IMG/VR virus record: IMGVR_UViG_3300028275_000006
Coordinates: 148,543-212,542 of that record
DNA: 64,000 bases
Reading direction: 5' to 3' (one strand)
Below the pieces are notes generated by a model. That model worked only from the letters and a program-made list of their open reading frames with translations, had not been told where the DNA came from and made no database searches. Of this stretch, positions 63,464-64,000 are shown in pieces (positions within the stretch are counted from its first letter, which is position 1; each line of letters opens with the position of its first letter). The translations under genes were made by a program, and so were the position numbers.

Positions 63464-64000
63464 ACAAAGTCCAATCCCATTTTATCAATAAAGGTACGTG
63501 TACGCTTCTCACATAGGAAACAATCTGGAAACTTAAAGGATAGGATATCACTGTAGTCCATGTCTTCTTTGTCTGCTGGAAAGTAGTCTTGCTCATTCTC
63601 AGCATGAGTATAACAGGCACTGACCTGTCCCCATTGGTTAATGTATATTTTCTTTTGTTGTAGACTACGGCATTGTATGTTGTATTGTTTACCGTCGTTG
63701 GGCTCAGGACGATTCTTAAACAACAACTTAATAGTTTGCTCCCGGGTCTTAACAGGACGAATGCCTAGTTCTACTTCTTTGTTGTAGACGTTTACTCTAC
63801 GCACACCTTCTGTTTCAACTTTCATTACATTACTGAATTGATCAAAGATTGCTTTCATCTCTGGGCTTTCTCTATCCTCTGCATTGTACTCAAAACGGAT
63901 ATGTTGTATCCAATCATTCTTACGTCTGTTCTTACGGAACGCCGCGGCATTGTCTAGGATCTGTTGTAGGTCACTGCCCACACGATACTTGGCATGTATT
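63457..64000 (-). CDS. radical SAM/SPASM paralog, 3' part only
   Basis: Frame open to window end; aligns with 62552..63463; C-terminal C..ACY..CFLC. Confidence 0.75.
   Translation of the reverse strand, partial: IHAKYRVGSDLQQILDNAAAFRKNRRKNDWIQHIRFEYNAEDRESPEMKAIFDQFSNVMKVETEGVRRVNVYNKEVELGIRPVKTREQTIKLLFKNRPEPNDGKQYNIQCRSLQQKKIYINQWGQVSACYTHAENEQDYFPADKEDMDYSDILSFKFPDCFLCEKRTRTFIDKMGLDFVC

Noticed and set aside
1-64000. Bacterial chromosome origin suggested by dnaK, iscU, rpsU, clpS
   Set aside because: These genes lack their normal operon partners and sit among T4-type late promoters, PAAR, tail fibre and nrdAB; phage origin fits better
1-64000. Stop-codon reassignment (as in some jumbo phages)
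   Set aside because: Long conserved genes are intact in the standard code and TAG, TGA and TAA all end genes at sensible positions
1-64000. CRISPR array, rRNA, tmRNA, IS element, intron or DGR
   Set aside because: No spaced direct repeats, rRNA/tmRNA ends, transposase, reverse transcriptase or interrupted nrd genes seen by eye

Overview
This 64-kb window is a gene-dense segment, mostly on the minus strand, of a large T4-like (myovirus/jumbo-type) phage genome, not a bacterial chromosome. Evidence: recurring T4-type late promoters (TAAATA/TATAAATA), nrdA/nrdB/glutaredoxin, a PAAR protein, a 2131-aa tail fibre and other virion proteins, and isolated host-like genes without their usual operons. 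DnaK/IscU/IscA look proteobacterial, probably betaproteobacterial (inference from remembered similarity, no search run). Auxiliary genes: ClpP-like, ClpS, Hsp20, DnaK, bS21, MazG-like, heme oxygenase plus bilin reductase, IscA/IscU/ErpA, desaturase, BI-1/YccA, tRNA-Thr(UGU). Top candidates: (1) a CsgF/CsgG/curlin/FecR/lectin-curlin/CHASE2-adenylate cyclase trans-envelope module; (2) a candidate programmed -1 frameshift (A_AAA_AAG plus a long hairpin) joining a scaffold-like gene to a start-less ORF; (3) ROSE-like thermometer hairpins before both hsp20 and dnaK; (4) five proteins sharing an MRA(K/A)EF N-terminus resembling the T4 capsid-targeting sequence; (5) seven TAAATA-N4-6-ATG starts without SD, suggesting leaderless late mRNAs; (6) a dehydratase/aminotransferase/amidinotransferase/deacetylase/radical-SAM cluster that may make a guanidino-sugar. 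All product calls come from motifs read by eye; no database searches or folding programs were run.
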